A stretch of 64,000 bases of DNA from NCBI RefSeq assembly GCF_009914755.1, contig NC_060926.1, one strand, 5' to 3'. This document shows, piece after piece, positions 27,641 through 45,332 of this stretch. The stretch is from the human T2T-CHM13v2.0 reference genome, Homo sapiens. The notes beneath the pieces are model-generated. The model saw only the letters and a list, made by a program, of their open reading frames with translations, ran no database searches and was not told where the DNA came from. The stretch's first letter is position 1. The number at the start of each line of letters is the position of its first letter. The translations under genes were made by a program, and so were the position numbers.

Positions 27641-29577
27641 CATGGAATTACTTTTTTTAATGGCATATAACACAATTTTTAAAGCTTCAAAGTCAAAAGC
27701 ACACTATGGGTTTTTCTAAGCTAGAATTGCCAGATTCCAGGATTTATACATCAGAAGACAGAAAGATGGGATAGAGATGATTGGTTTACTGCTCACAAAC
27801 TATAAAACTGTGTATTACAATAATCACATCCACATTTTAATGCTTGCTTTTCCCCTCTTGTTGAAAATGGGGCTTACTTTTGGGAAATCAACAAAGAAGC
27901 TGTACTTTTTAAAAAACTTTACTGCTGAAGAAGAAATATTAAATCCTAAAGTATCAATGTTCTGAAATGCTCATCAATGTATTATCAGATAAATAGCTGA
28001 ATAAAAATTTGACATTCCCCCAAAATATACTCATGAGACAATAAATAGGTTTTGGGAAGTCCCTTTTATAAATTATAGCTTTAGTTTGTAACCTAAAATT
28101 GTGATAGAAAGGAACTTGAGATAAAAGGGATGAAAAACATGGTGTGGTATTATTAAAACTCCTCTACTCTGCTGAGAACACTGGGATATTACTAACAAAC
28201 TAACAAGCCCACGTCATTCAAATAATTAAAACTTCAAACCAGCCTTATGGCGATTTATAGGGCTGCTTTTAATGAAAGAGATGTAAGGGCCAACTTATGC
28301 ATCATCCCTTTTAATGCCCAATTTTCACTGATAGAAATTACTCCTTATAGGCAACATCCATTGTAATTTAAGACCAAAAGACACTACTAACCACAGGTTA
28401 AAAACAAAAAGTAATTAAGCTAATGGCTGAATTTAGTTGATCAGAAAAAAAAAAGAATATGCAGATCACTATTCCTCTAAAAATGCAAAATAAGAAATAG
28501 TTGATCCAAAAAAAAATAAAAAAAAGAAAGAAGTAGTTGATCTACCCATTCTGTATCCAGCTGAGAATATAACTTGTTACAGAGAGAGCTTTCATATGGT
28601 TTGGGATTGTGATTTAACATTGAAATACCCAGATAAACTCTACATCTGACAAATAATCAAATTATTTCTCTACATCCAAGAACTTATTCAAATACTGTGT
28701 GAGCTTCATAAACTGTTCCTAATTCTCTGAATATTAGAAAGATTTTAGGTATTTTAAAAGACTATCCTGATACTGTGTCAACAGTTCAACTATTTAATAT
28801 TTGCACAAAATAGCATCACAGTTGAAAGTAAATAATATATGAAAATACATTTTAAAGAATAAACGTTGAAACAGAAAACACAAGAATGGAAACAATTTTT
28901 AAAACTGTTTACATTCTGGAAAGTCCAAAGGGTTGTTACAAAAGCGAATCCCAAAAATGAGTTAAAACATTATTTAAGAAAACCAGTGTTTTAAATCCTT
29001 CACAGTCTTTGAAATATATTTAGTGCATTTGAGTCCAGTTTAAAAACTTCAACCATAGGTATTTTTTCCCTCCAGATTATAGAGCCAGAGGAAAAGGTTA
29101 ACAGACAGCTTGGAAACCTCATCCTTATATATAAAGCAAATATACTACTTAAAATGCCAGATTTCCAATCCTGAAAGTTAAATGCAGCTAATAAGTTTCC
29201 TAATACAATTTGGGCTAAATATCTTCACAGAGGTCCCTAGCATATACCTGATTGTCCTTTAGAGGGACTAGTACTCATTAAAGTAAATTCAGTCCCCATT
29301 TCATACTTAGTAACTACACTTCTCTTTCTCTTCTCTGTCAGATAAGTGCTTATGAGGGTGTCAGTTGCAATCACTTTTGCTGTAGATACAACACAACAAC
29401 CATTCTAAAGAAAAGATGAACCAGAGTATGCAAGGCAATTAATTTTTTTTGTAAGTTCCCTAAATCAATTCTTTAACAGCAATTCCTCCACAATCTTTTC
29501 AACCCAGAATGAACTAGGGACACTGAGGGAAAAGAACAATGACCTGTGTTTTTTTCTGTTCCATTATCCCTATATCA

Positions 29578-29935
<358 letters not shown>

Positions 29936-30696
29936 ATAAAAACAGTAACTCATTAGCAACATAGATATAAATTGAAAACATTTAGAAAAAAGCATGCTCT
30001 GACTATGCTAGCAAATTTCTAAAAACATAGGATCAAGTTTTATTACACCAGAATCTAAACCATTTGAGACTAATTTAATAAGATCTAACGAAACCCCCAA
30101 ACCTTATGTAGTTATTACCCTTTTGAAAATGCAGATATATAACACAAAACAAACAAAAAAGCCAAATTAATTATTTTTCTATAAGTCACTTAACCAAGTA
30201 TGAGATTCTAAAACAGAAATTTATGCTTCTTCCTGGATTTTTCTCTCCAGAGTACATAGGTACTGCCAACAGTCATATGGCCCTTTTTTTTACTGGTATG
30301 TTTTAGTTTCAAATGCCAAAATATTCTGGAGAATTAAAAAAAATTTTTAAATTCAGTTGGGAATCAAATCCTGATTTGAAGGAGGCGATTTAGAGACTTT
30401 ATCAAACTTACTATGAATATTCATATGTTTTGTTGCAGAAATATTAATATGTTTGATTATGTAGTACCACCCCAGAGCCTGGGCGGGGGAGGGGACGGAA
30501 ATGATATACATGATCTCTAACATCATATCACATTTTAAAAATCCAAAAATTTTATATTTCAAAACACTTTTGGCCTCCAAGTGTTTCAGATAAAGGATTG
30601 TGAATCTATGTTTTCTATGTCTTACCTATGTGTAAACTCACTGTTGTTCCACCAGTTATTTACTTTTTATCTTTTATGACATAGTTTTATAGTTTA

Positions 30697-31071
<375 letters not shown>

Positions 31072-31352
31072 TTACATAAGTGCCTAATGCATATAAAACA
31101 TGTATTTACATTCATATTAAAACACACAAAAAATGAACCTGCTTTAATAAACTACTAATATGCTATGCAAATAAACTAATGAAACAAGATTGATACCCTA
31201 AATGTATAGAATAAAAATTGGTTCTTTGTGCTAATTTCTCTAGTAGCTAGTGAATGCACTATAAAAATAGAGATTGTAGTAGTAAAAGTGCTTTAAGAAC
31301 CAGGTAGCTTGTATTTGAATGGTAGTAAAAATTCCCTACCTAAATTACTTAC

Positions 31353-31387
31353 CCCATTTCCTGTTTTACCAGCAACCATGCAGCATG
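31353..31387 (-). CDS. PUS10: PUS10 exon (HAAWLLVKQEMG), most 5' coding exon in the window
   Basis: 35 nt; AG at 31388-31389, GTAAGT donor at 31352. Confidence 0.93.
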
Positions 31388-31669
31388 CTGTAGGCAATTT
31401 AGTCACACCCAGAAAGAGAAAAGGGGGAAACATGTTCAGTGAAATTAAGTCTCAATATCATTACTGAAGTGCTTAACTATTTGCTAATCAAACTCCCCTT
31501 TTTAGGTGACGAGTTAGTATTCAAAAATTTACCAGTGACCTCAGTCTCATTTAAAATCAAAAATGAGGTAAGATTTTATTTTGCAATGGTGGTTTACTGT
31601 GGCCTAGGAATTCAGCCGGGGTATCCCCCTCCTCCTTACAGATTTCTATTTCTCATTAATGAGGTATGA

Positions 31670-32396
<727 letters not shown>

Positions 32397-33651
32397 TCAC
32401 CTTAAAGAAAGGTAACGATATGTCCCCCACAGCACACAGCATTTTGTAAACATGACGGAAACATTGTATAAGTCAATAAATACCACATGTAGTCTGCTTC
32501 TACGTGTCACAAAAAAAGGCCAACGATTATCATTCACATCCACTTCAAGACACGGCTTAATTTATGGATATGCTGTGGTTCGTATGTAGACCTGTCCTTC
32601 TAAACTAACAGGACTTCCTTCGGATGACCAGTAGGGTACTCTATGGACTCCTAAAGACTGATGATCACTTGGAAAGATTAGCTGCATTAATTCTTTCAGA
32701 CGTCAGCCAAGTAGAATAAATTAACCGCTAACTGGGCACAACCTGTTTCCAGTGATGGCAGTGTGGACCGTCCGGAGTAGCTGCTGCCATCAAGCCTGCT
32801 GCAGCCGGGAGGTGTGGGCGGTGGCGGCAGGAGGGGTTGTGGGAGCAGCAGTGGCGGCGGTGGGACCCCTGTGCTCCACATCCCCGAGGCAGCCAACTGT
32901 GCCACCTCTGCTCTCGCATGGCCGGCCAGGACCTGTTCTCAGGCCCAAAGCCTCCGTCCCGGCCTCAACCTCGCTCCCCATCACCATCTCAGGGGTCCAC
33001 AAGCACCCGGCCAAAGGCACAGCCGGGACTCGTGGGGCCAGCCCTGAAAGTGTCGGGTTAATTTGCACGGGGTTGGCTGGGGCGGCCTCTGCTGTGGGGA
33101 AAACGCAAAGAGGCAGGCAGTCCCTGGAGTCTCACCCAACTTGCGGCTGTGGACCTAAGCATCTCTGCACTTTCAGGGACCCGGGAAGGCCCCCCCGTTG
33201 TCCCCACAGGCCTGGAGGGGTCTGCTCCCGCTCCCTGACCTCTCCCTGCTCCCAGTGCCTGCACCAATCTCGGAGAAGGGTTGGAGCCGAGCCTGGGCAC
33301 TGTCGCAGCCCAGCCAGGTGTGTGCACACTCATGGCAGTGCTGACACGCCAGCCCCATGCTGCCTCAGCCCCCTGTAGACTTTGGGCACCAACAAGTACG
33401 GGAGGGAGGCCAAGGAGGGGCTGAGGGCAGTTTGGTGCTGGCCTGCAGGCGCCCCTTGGCAAGAACAGCCAGGGCGCCATGAACAGCAGCAGGAGGCAGA
33501 GAGGTTCCTGGGCAGAAAGCGGCAGGTCCACAGTGAAGCCCCACCTTCAAGCCAGGGAGGGCCTGAAGCCTGGGGGCTGGGCTGCCAGTCCCCGGGACAG
33601 GAGTAGGAACTTGTGGTCCTTTTTCCAGGCCCACCCATGGCTGCCCATGGA

Positions 33652-33692
33652 CCAATTGGCACACACTTCCTCCCCTCTGAGGCCCATATAAA
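33652..33692 (+). promoter_or_regulatory. LTR core promoter (CCAAT box plus TATAAA)
   Basis: CCAATTGG at 33652-33659, TATAAA at 33687-33692. Confidence 0.45.
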
Positions 33693-33764
33693 GCCCTGGA
33701 CTCAGCCAGACCCAAAGAGATGAGGGGACAACCAACAGCAGAGAGGAGCTATCCACCCCAGAGT

Positions 33765-33990
33765 CTCTCTGCTGAGAGCTGAAGAAACGATAGGACGACC
33801 TGCCTGCAGAGAGGAGCTTTCCTCTCTGCTCAGAGCTGAAGAAATGACAGACGACCTGCCTGCAGAGAAGAGCTACCCTCTCTGCTGAGAGCTGAAGAAT
33901 GACAGGACGACCTGCCTGCACAGAGGAGCTACTCTCTCTGCTGAGAGCTGAACACTTATCGGGACACCCTGGCTATGCAGAGGAGCTACC
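33765..33990. repeat. About 4 copies of a 56-57 bp tandem repeat within the LTR
   Basis: Units start ctctctgct(g/c)agagctgaa at 33765, 33822, 33878, 33934. Confidence 0.9.
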
Positions 33991-34014
33991 CTACCCACTG
34001 TGGGTCTTCTCTGA

Positions 34015-34302
<288 letters not shown>

Positions 34303-34857
34303 TAAAAGAGCTGTAAAACAAACAGGGCTGAAACACGCCCCTTGCTCACCACGGGGGACGAGAAGGAGAGAAGAGAGAGGAAGAGAAGAGCTGTGGCCGG
34401 GAACCCAGACCTAGGAGCTCCCTGAGCCAGGGCGTGACACCCTCTTTAGGGCTCTGCGGTTTCTAGCGTCTCCAAATTTCCAGGTGCCACCATATTCCCC
34501 GGGGTCAGCTGTGGAAGCTGTTTATGGTATTTCTGGTCCAGCCTCAGCTTCACAGGGAGCCATGACTGCGCGTGGAGCTGCCTGCCCCACTGCAGCCAGC
34601 GTGCCTGCTGTGTGCGATGGCTGGACCCCATGCTCACTCACACACCTCTCGCTGCTCCACGCCTGGCTTGCCCTTGGCAGGCATCAGACCCAGGCGTAGC
34701 GTGCCAGGCCGAGTGGACAGAACGAGCCTAGCGGGCTAGAGAAAAACTCGGGCAAAGACGCCACTGTCCACAGAGGTTTCCAGCTGGCGAAGCAACACCC
34801 CAAGGATCCCGTAACACCAGTGCCTGAATGTCTCACCAGTACCTTCTGATGTGTTAG

Positions 34858-35271
<414 letters not shown>

Positions 35272-35577
35272 CAGTATCATAGTATTATAACACACAAATT
35301 ACTATGAGTCAGAAAACCTAACTTTAGGTTTTACTTAATTTCTGGGACTCAACTTTCTAATGTGTAAAATGAGAGAATTACTAAGATGATTGTAATTTAA
35401 ACTTTTCTGGATGCCTAAAGAAATCATTTATAGGCACTGTTATTAAACTGTTTTATAATAGACGACTGAGACCTATGGGACTTAGGGAGCATTCAAAAAA
35501 AAAAAAAAAAAAGAATAATGGTCTCCTAAAACTGAAACCTTGTAGTTAATTTTGTCCCGCCCTTCCTTCAGCCTCAT

Positions 35578-35893
35578 TCTTTTTCTTTGTTTTTTTTCTT
35601 TTATTTTGAGACAGAGTCTCACTCTGTCACCCAGGCTGGAGTGCTGTAGCACGATCTCGGCTCACTGCACCCTCCTCCTCCCCGTTTCAAACGATTCTCC
35701 TGCCTCAGCCTCCTAAGTACCTGGGAGTACAGGCACCCGCCACCACATCCAGCTAATTTTTATATTTTTAGTAGAGACCGGGTTTCATCATGTTGGCCAG
35801 GCTGGTCTGAAACTCCTGACCTTAAGTGATCTGCCTACCTCGGCCTCTCAAAGTGCTGGGATTACAGGCATGAGCCACCTCTCCTGGCCCAGC
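35578..35893 (-). mobile_element. AluS-like
   Basis: Antisense dimer. Confidence 0.93.
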
Positions 35894-37951
35894 CTCCTTC
35901 TTTAAGAGATCAATAAACACATGTCCTTATATATACAAAAATATTAATACTTCCCTTGCAGGACTATTGTGATGATTTAATGTGTTTGTAAAGACCCAAG
36001 TCATATTCCTGGCAAATACTGAATAAATGGTAATTAATACTGTTGTTGAACTGAAACCTTATCTGTACTTTACAAATAATAAAATTCAGATTTATACCTT
36101 AAAAGATTTACAGGACTTGATCTCATTCCGTCATATTTCCAAACTGCTTTGCTATAGCTAGTTCTGAAACCTCCCTCTTCAATGAAATCTGAGCTATAGA
36201 GAGCTATCTGTCTCTTCTTTAAGGAACCTCAGACTCTTCCGTCTTTTCTTAGTGACCTTTGTGTCTCTTCTTTTGAAGCAAACTCTGTTCTCTACAAGTC
36301 ACTTCCAGGTGATGTCATCAAGTCTGCAATGTATCCCACCATCCTCTAATTATAAAGTAGGGCGGAACTGGAGGTTGCCAAGGGAAACCAGGTAACCATG
36401 TGTAACACATGAAATTAAATCAAATGTCTTTAGTATCTGAGACTTGTTAAATGGTTTTTCCTTCCAAAGCCTCTGCAGGCTCCCTGCTCCAGCATGCCAG
36501 CAGATTGGACAGAACTAACCACACAGCAGGGGCTTAAAGGCTGAATCTCAAATAAGTCAGCATTGCTGGATTATTCAATTGTTACCACAAGCTAATAATG
36601 CCCTGGACCTGCTTCTGGCAAGGAAAAAGAAGTATATTTCTCCCTTTCAAATCACCAAGATAATTTTGATAAATGTTCTGTCCCTTAGTGAATAGAAAAA
36701 AATCTATTCTCTAGAGTAAACAAAAAAATTTTTCCTCCCCAACAGAAGCAAATGGCATTAAAGTTATCAGGTTTAATCAAATTTGATACCAGAGGCAGTA
36801 TGTCACCTCTGGAAAATTAAGAAAACACAATTTAATCCTGGACTATGTTTAACTTTATTGGAGAATGTTAGGCAAGTCCTAAATGGGGCAGTTGAATAAG
36901 TGCTTGCTAAAGTGCTTGTGTACTCTGCTAACACTAACACACACACCATAGACCAGAAGGTCTATGCCCGGGAATGGTGTTTGAGCTTTCTGAGTTAGAG
37001 GTTCATCTAGTACCAAATAATGAGAGTGGGTGACAGTAGGAACAGGGATTGAAGTTGATTCAAGCAGAGGTGATGGAGAAAGGATAGAGACAGAGAGAGG
37101 TGTTAAAAATGGTGTGTTGCAAAACTACAATTCAGTAAAGTTGGACACTTTGGGGTATGTTATGTGTGTTCATAAGTGAGGTTAGGGGTTCAGCGATTAA
37201 AGATGAAACTGGAAAGTTCAGAAGGTTTTGATTGCCAAGCTAGGTCATGAACCCAAAGACTGAAACCATAACATGAGATGTGATTCATTTATGTATAGGC
37301 CAAGACTCGCGGCAGCACAAAGAAACATTTGATATTTGAATCTTCTATAATTCATCAAGTTGCAATATAACCATCATTTTTGTACTATTGTTTTTCTTGT
37401 GTGGTAGTTTAAGAGGAAAATATGTCTTGTGCTAAAATATTTCTTTATCATACATGGGAAAGTATACTGTGAGAAAGTCATATTTTCCAGAAAAATGAGA
37501 GAATGTGTCCAGCCCACTTTTCTCATTTTTGTTGTCTATCTGGCTCTTATAGACATCTGAGTCTGTAATTCCTGATGGAGGGAAACAAACACTAGATCAA
37601 AAGGCAGGCTCTGCTTCTCTTATGTGATCACTAGCAAGGTGGCTTCTCTCTCTGGGTTTCTCAAACCGTAAGAGGAAGGTATTCAATTTATTTAGGGGGT
37701 ACTGCCTATGTGGTGAGATTGCAATTGAGAATGCAGAGATAAAAAAACAGTCTCTGCCCATGAGCAAACCCATGAACTAAGACAAAACGATAATAAACAT
37801 TAAGCTATTAATAGTAACAGTAATGAAAATAATTAAAATACAGAGTGGTGGGGGCTGAGACAGAGACACACTTAGGAGGGGCATGTAAAGGATCCTCGGC
37901 TCAGTCTTGCAGGAGAAGTGACACCTAATCTGAGCTTCGAAGGATCAGCTA

Positions 37952-38363
<412 letters not shown>

Positions 38364-38930
38364 CTATGTCAGTGGTCCCTAAAGAACTGAGGATGTGTGG
38401 CTGGGAAATGCAAAGGAGGAAGCAGGACTTAGATCACAGAACTACTGGACCCATACTAAGGGGTTTAGATATTCCCCTTAAGGCAATATGGTCCCACAGA
38501 AGGATTTTAAGGAATGAAGTAGCATGATCATATTTGTCTTCAGGAATGCCCACTCTGGTTGCATTGTGAATTAGAAGAAAAAGATGGGAATTAAAGAAAA
38601 GGAAGATTTGTCGTAAACTAAAGCAGTAATTCAAGCAAGAAAAAATATATTACAGCAATGCTAGTGATGATAAAGTGTAGGCAACTTTAAGAACTATTGA
38701 GAACACAGATTGGCAGGACTTGCTGATTGGCAGTGATGTTGAGGTTTCTAAATCACCACCAATGCCCTTCAAACTATATTCTTTTGAATCTTACACATCT
38801 CTTGGACTCATTTATAATAACAAAGATAAAATAAATATAGACTGAGAATAATGACAATAGAAAAATGACAATAGTTGTGTGGGCAGCTGGAGGCATTTAG
38901 CAGTACCCCCTGCTCCAAACTCTTCTCCCA

Positions 38931-38934
38931 ACAC

Positions 38935-38989
<55 letters not shown>

Positions 38990-39007
38990 TATGCATACAT
39001 ACATACA
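38931..39007. repeat. (CACATA)n hexanucleotide microsatellite
   Basis: About 10 perfect units plus degenerate end. Confidence 0.95.
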
Positions 39008-40733
39008 AACATTTATGTAATTTTTTCTTGCACTGTAATAGCCATTTGGAAACTGGGCTCAATAAGGAGGTTAGTGACAAGAGAAATTCTTCTTCCTTCT
39101 CTCTATCCAGACCACTGCCTAAGATTTCCTCCTTCTCCTCCTCCCCATCCCCAGCATGCTAGTGCCTTAAGCTTCTGCTCCATCAGGGCCTGTGCCTCAC
39201 CGTGTGTCAGGGTTGTGGCAGCATGCTATAACCTTGAACATCTGCCTCTCCTTGTGTCTCAGGCGTGGTGGCAAAAAAGAGGAAGGTAAGAGAGGAAGGG
39301 GGAATATTTTCCTATAACCACTGTTTGATCTACCACTTAGTTGACTCTTGCACCACCACCATCTCCTCACCCCCGCCACCTCCCCATCTCAAAACTTTCT
39401 TCTTTTCCCCAAAGGCTTGGATGTCAGACGTGTGATTAAATGAATGTAACAGACTGAATCTAGGTGTCTCCTCTGATAAATAAAACCTATGTTGGCCATG
39501 TTTAAAAACCCATCAAAATCCTCTTTTCTTTCCCTACATGGTTGAGAAAAAAGAAAATGAAGTGAGACATAAGAAGAGATCATTTAACTCTAGGTTTTCT
39601 CTCTACTTTGGCAATAAGAACTTTTAGATAGCATTGAAAAGGTTGAAGATCTTCTTTTTGGACAAGTCAAGAGGGGAAAAGCAAGGACAGATCAGCATAG
39701 AATGAATCTGTGGGGCCAAATTAGGTTTTACAGCTCTATTACTCCAGTTCCTGGAATTGCTATTTTTATGTTGTGAGTTTTAAGGAAATTGTATTGCATC
39801 TTCCAACACTGTAGGTGCTGATGTTTGTTTAGAAATGAAGGATTTGATTGGAAATAACAAGAGGAAATTCTGCAAGTGGGGTGGGGTAGGAGTAGAAGCA
39901 GGGAGGGGGATCAGAAAAGACACAACAGTTACAATAAAGAAAAGGCTCTGGGATAGATAAATGAAGACAGATATGGCTCAGTACTGTTCTTTAGTGTCAT
40001 ATGAAAATGAGAGAGAACACACATAGCAACTGAATTTCAGGTAACTCTAGAGTTAATAACCTCAGTGAAACAAGGATCTCAAACATCTGTTGGCAGCCGG
40101 GTGTGGCTGAGAAGTGCAAATGTACTCCCTCTTTGAATTTGGTTTTAGAGAGCCAGCATCTTCTCTGAAACATTTATAGTGGCCAGGACTTTGTACAGTG
40201 AAGCCCCATTCTAAGGATACCTCTGAGTTCCTGCCTTGAGCACAATACAAGTTGCAAGAAATCCAGCACAACCATCAGAGGATAAGGCTGACCTGTGATG
40301 GCAGCTTCCCTGGAGGACCACCCATCTCCCACCAACTGTTCCTGCCTGTGGCTACGGAACTCTGTGCCTTTCATCCAACACTATCATCAGAAATCCACTA
40401 GCTCACATAACTAAATCACTTATAGAAACTTGGCCTGTGGACAAAATCAGCCACAAGAAAGAACCAAAACACCAAGTAGGTCAGTGCTTCCATTTAAGTT
40501 GCAGTTCTGCTGACAAACACACATGAACACACAATAAATGTGTAAAAACAAAAATGCATGTAAAATGTAATTATATATATAGATGAAGATATATACACAC
40601 GTACAGTAGACTATTCTATTCAAAGAAGATTTAAAGAATTATAGAAGATGAGTACAGGCACCTTCAAAAAAATTAAATTGTTATATGTAGATCAGTGGTT
40701 CTCTAACAGTTTGGTTAAGGACCCATTACATTC

Positions 40734-41042
<309 letters not shown>

Positions 41043-41117
41043 TAAGAACCTCAAGTAGCTTTTGTTTATGTTGGTTATAGCTATCAATATTTACCATATT
41101 AGCAATTAAAACCATAA

Positions 41118-41437
<320 letters not shown>

Positions 41438-42066
41438 TAAAAATTAATGACAAAGTAATAAATCCATTATGTGTTAACATAAATAACTTTTCTTGAAAAA
41501 TATATTTTTCAAACAAAATAATTTAGTGAGAAAACTGATGCTGTGGTACATTTTTGCAAATCTCTTTAATATACATCTTAATAGGAGATACCTGGATTTT
41601 CATTCTGCCTCTACATTCAATTTGCTGTAATCACATAGCCTCTGGAAAACTCCACTGTATACTCTTAAAAGAATGAGAGTGAAAAAAGCAAATTATTATA
41701 AACTATAAAAATACTTTTGACCTCGTGAACCCCTTGCAAGGACTTCTAGGGGTTGCTAGACCACACTTTGAAACAAACAATTTTGAAGGAAAGTAAAGTA
41801 ACAAATTAATTATTTGGTAATTAAATAGCTAATATTTAATTAATCAAAATTTGACTCAAGAAGAGGGAAAAAACAGATTGACCAATAACTTTTCTTTTTC
41901 CATCTCCATTAAAAAAATAAAAATAATAAAAAAATAAAGAGGCCTCTAACTTCCTCCTAGTCACAATGCAGGTATTTGGTCCCAGGACTACAGGACTGCC
42001 TGACTCCAGCAGGAACTCCGTATACTTACTTCTCTCCTCTCTCCAGAAAATCTGTCTTTATCTTGA

Positions 42067-42396
<330 letters not shown>

Positions 42397-42667
42397 AGAT
42401 AGAACAATAACTTTTAATAGAAGAAATTGAAAAAGTAATAAAGACCTACCTTTATAACCATCTAATATCATTTTATAAGTGAATTTAACAACATTTCAAG
42501 AAACAAAAACAGATAATTTCTTTGTTGTTAAAATTTTCAAAGCGTAAGAAAACCTCACAGTTCTTTCCAAAAGTTTTACATAATCTAATATAAAATCTAA
42601 TTGCATGATTTAATACCTAAACCAAATATCTATGTATGTAAATATCCTAAATAAAATATTAAGTCGA

Positions 42668-43026
42668 ATTTTTTTTTTTTTGAGACAGGGTCTCTTTCTG
42701 ACACCCAGGCTGGAGCTCAGTGGCGCGATCATGACTCACTGCAGCCTCTAACTCCCAGGCTCAAGTGATCCTCCACCTCAGCCAGCTGAATTGTATTCCC
42801 TTCAATTCAGCATTTCCAATTCTAAGAATTTATCAGACAAAAATATAGTCTTGAGTAGCTGGGACTACAGGCATGCACCACCATACCTAGCTAATTTTTT
42901 GTCTTGGTAGAGATGGGGGTCTCACTACGTTGACCATGCTGGTTTCAAAATCCTGGCCTTAAGCAATCCTCCTGCCTTGGTCTCCCAAAGTGCTGGGATT
43001 ACAGGCATAAGCCACCACACCCAGCC
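42668..43026 (-). mobile_element. AluJ-like with a 65-nt foreign insertion
   Basis: Antisense dimer interrupted at 42784-42848. Confidence 0.93.
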
Positions 43027-43166
43027 CTTAAGTCTAATTGTTACTATAATCAGAATGAAAAATGCTTATTTCAAGAAAACAACACAAATTCAACACAAGG
43101 AAATTATTAGTTTACTTGACTACAAAATAGATAAAAGGAGAAAAATATAATTATTACAAATATCTA

Positions 43167-43523
<357 letters not shown>

Positions 43524-43529
43524 ATTAGA

Positions 43530-44880
43530 TAAAGTGTACCTATCAGAATAGAGCTAACAATATACTTAGTATTAAAATATACACATATGATACACCTAAA
43601 TATACTGTATATATTTTTAAAATAGTAAAAAAGAAATGACAAAACTATCATTATTTGCAAATAAGGTAACTGCATACCTAGATAATAACTGAAAAACCAC
43701 TAGGATTAATAATAGAGACCTGCAAGTTAGTCAGTTCCAAGACAAACATTAAACACACACACCTACAAACATGCATATATTACTTTCCTAATAGCCAAAG
43801 AAAAAAAATTATGGGAAAAAGAGATTCCACTCAAATTTCAACTAAAATCAAAAATAAAAAACATTTAAAAACACATAGGAATAAATAAATGTGTGAGGAA
43901 AAACTATAATATAATTGAAAGATCAAAACAAATATTGAAAAAGTACAGATAAATTTGTTCCTAGATGAAAAGTTCCATAAAATTAGAAATTTATGTTTGT
44001 TAAATGACCACAAACAAAGGTAAATGGCAAATGTCAGGCTGGGTGGGAGAAACAGAATTGATGAAAGATTAATAGTCACTATGTCCAAAGAGCACTTACT
44101 AATCAATTTTAAAAAGCCAAATAACCAGAAAATAGAAACCCAGATGGCTAGTAAACATATAAAAAGATGTAAAAGTTCACCTGAAAATCAAATAGTACAA
44201 GTGTGAACTAAAACAAGAAAACTTTTGCATATAGGTTAGAAAATACCGAAGAGTGTAACTTCAGGTTTGAAAAAGACATGGGGTTGTAATACACTGCTGT
44301 AAACTGGTACCACCTTTTAGGAGGGCAATTTGGAAATACCTATCACAATTCTAAATCTGTATTCCCATCAATTCAGCAGTTCCAATTCTAAGAATTTATC
44401 AGACCAAAATATAGAAATACTAGACTCCATATACAAGTATGTTCATTGCAAATTCCATTTATAATAATAAAAACTGAAAACTGAAGGTGATCTGAATATT
44501 CTTCAACTGGATAAATGAATTAATTTAAGAAATTCTGATTTAACCATCTGTACGGGAAAGCTCATATATGCATATGTGAGCTCTGTAAGTTCTAACACAG
44601 TTGAAGGTTGTCAATGGTTGTTGCAAGGTAAAAAGTTTGCAGGACATGTATGTTTCACTAAAGCAAACAAACCCAAACTATGTGCAGTACATGCAGGTAT
44701 ACGTTAATATGTATATAGCAAAAGGTCTCAGAAAGAGATTACCAAAATGTTACTCCAGAAAATGGGAAGTAGAAAAGAGGAAGAGAAAGAGAGAGACTAA
44801 TGTTAACTTTACATACTTCTGAGTTGTTTGGCACTTTCAGTAAGCATGTGCTGTTTTTATAATTTAAAAAAGAAAAAAAT
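43530..44880 (+). mobile_element. Degraded old L1 (ORF2 end/3' UTR)
   Basis: atggctagtaaacatataaaaagatg, gtaaactggtaccacctttt, cagcagttccaattctaagaatttatc. Confidence 0.7.
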
Positions 44881-45332
44881 TAAATGTAATACTTGTGAAT
44901 CCTTTTCAGAAATTTAAAGGTTATTTTAAAAACTCACAACCAATTATCTAAGTTATCTTTTGTATAACAGTAAGTTTGCTAAAATGAATTATATCTCAAT
45001 TTATTATCAAATCAATTTACTAAAAAGAAATTAAAAGGAATATTAGATCACAAAATTTTAAAGTGTTACATAGTATATTTGCTTGGGTACTATTAGTTTG
45101 AGGAATCCTCATTTAAATATTATCTAATAGGTTGAGGTCTATTTTATTTTAAAATGTACTATATTTATAGGATCCTTGCTGCTTCACTATCACCTCTCAG
45201 CAATGAAAAACAGAGGAACAGTACAAAACAGTTTCTATTTTTGGGATGAGAATAAATTTTTACTTTTGAAAAATTTATAGGTTTTTTGAAATTTATTATT
45301 TCTATGAGGACTTTGTGCTAAAGATGAAATAT

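Noticed and set aside
33765-33990. Regularly spaced repeats resembling a CRISPR array
   Set aside because: Units are contiguous with no unique spacers; this is an LTR-internal minisatellite in eukaryotic DNA
38808-39289. ORFs with MC/VY/HI/TY dipeptide repeats
   Set aside because: Translations of the (CACATA)n microsatellite
39877-39909. G-rich tract as a G-quadruplex
   Set aside because: Requires a 14-nt loop; weak candidate with no contextual support
40212-40220. Second GTATCCTT (U12 donor-like) on the minus strand
   Set aside because: No supported exon or matching branch site; an isolated 8-mer is expected by chance
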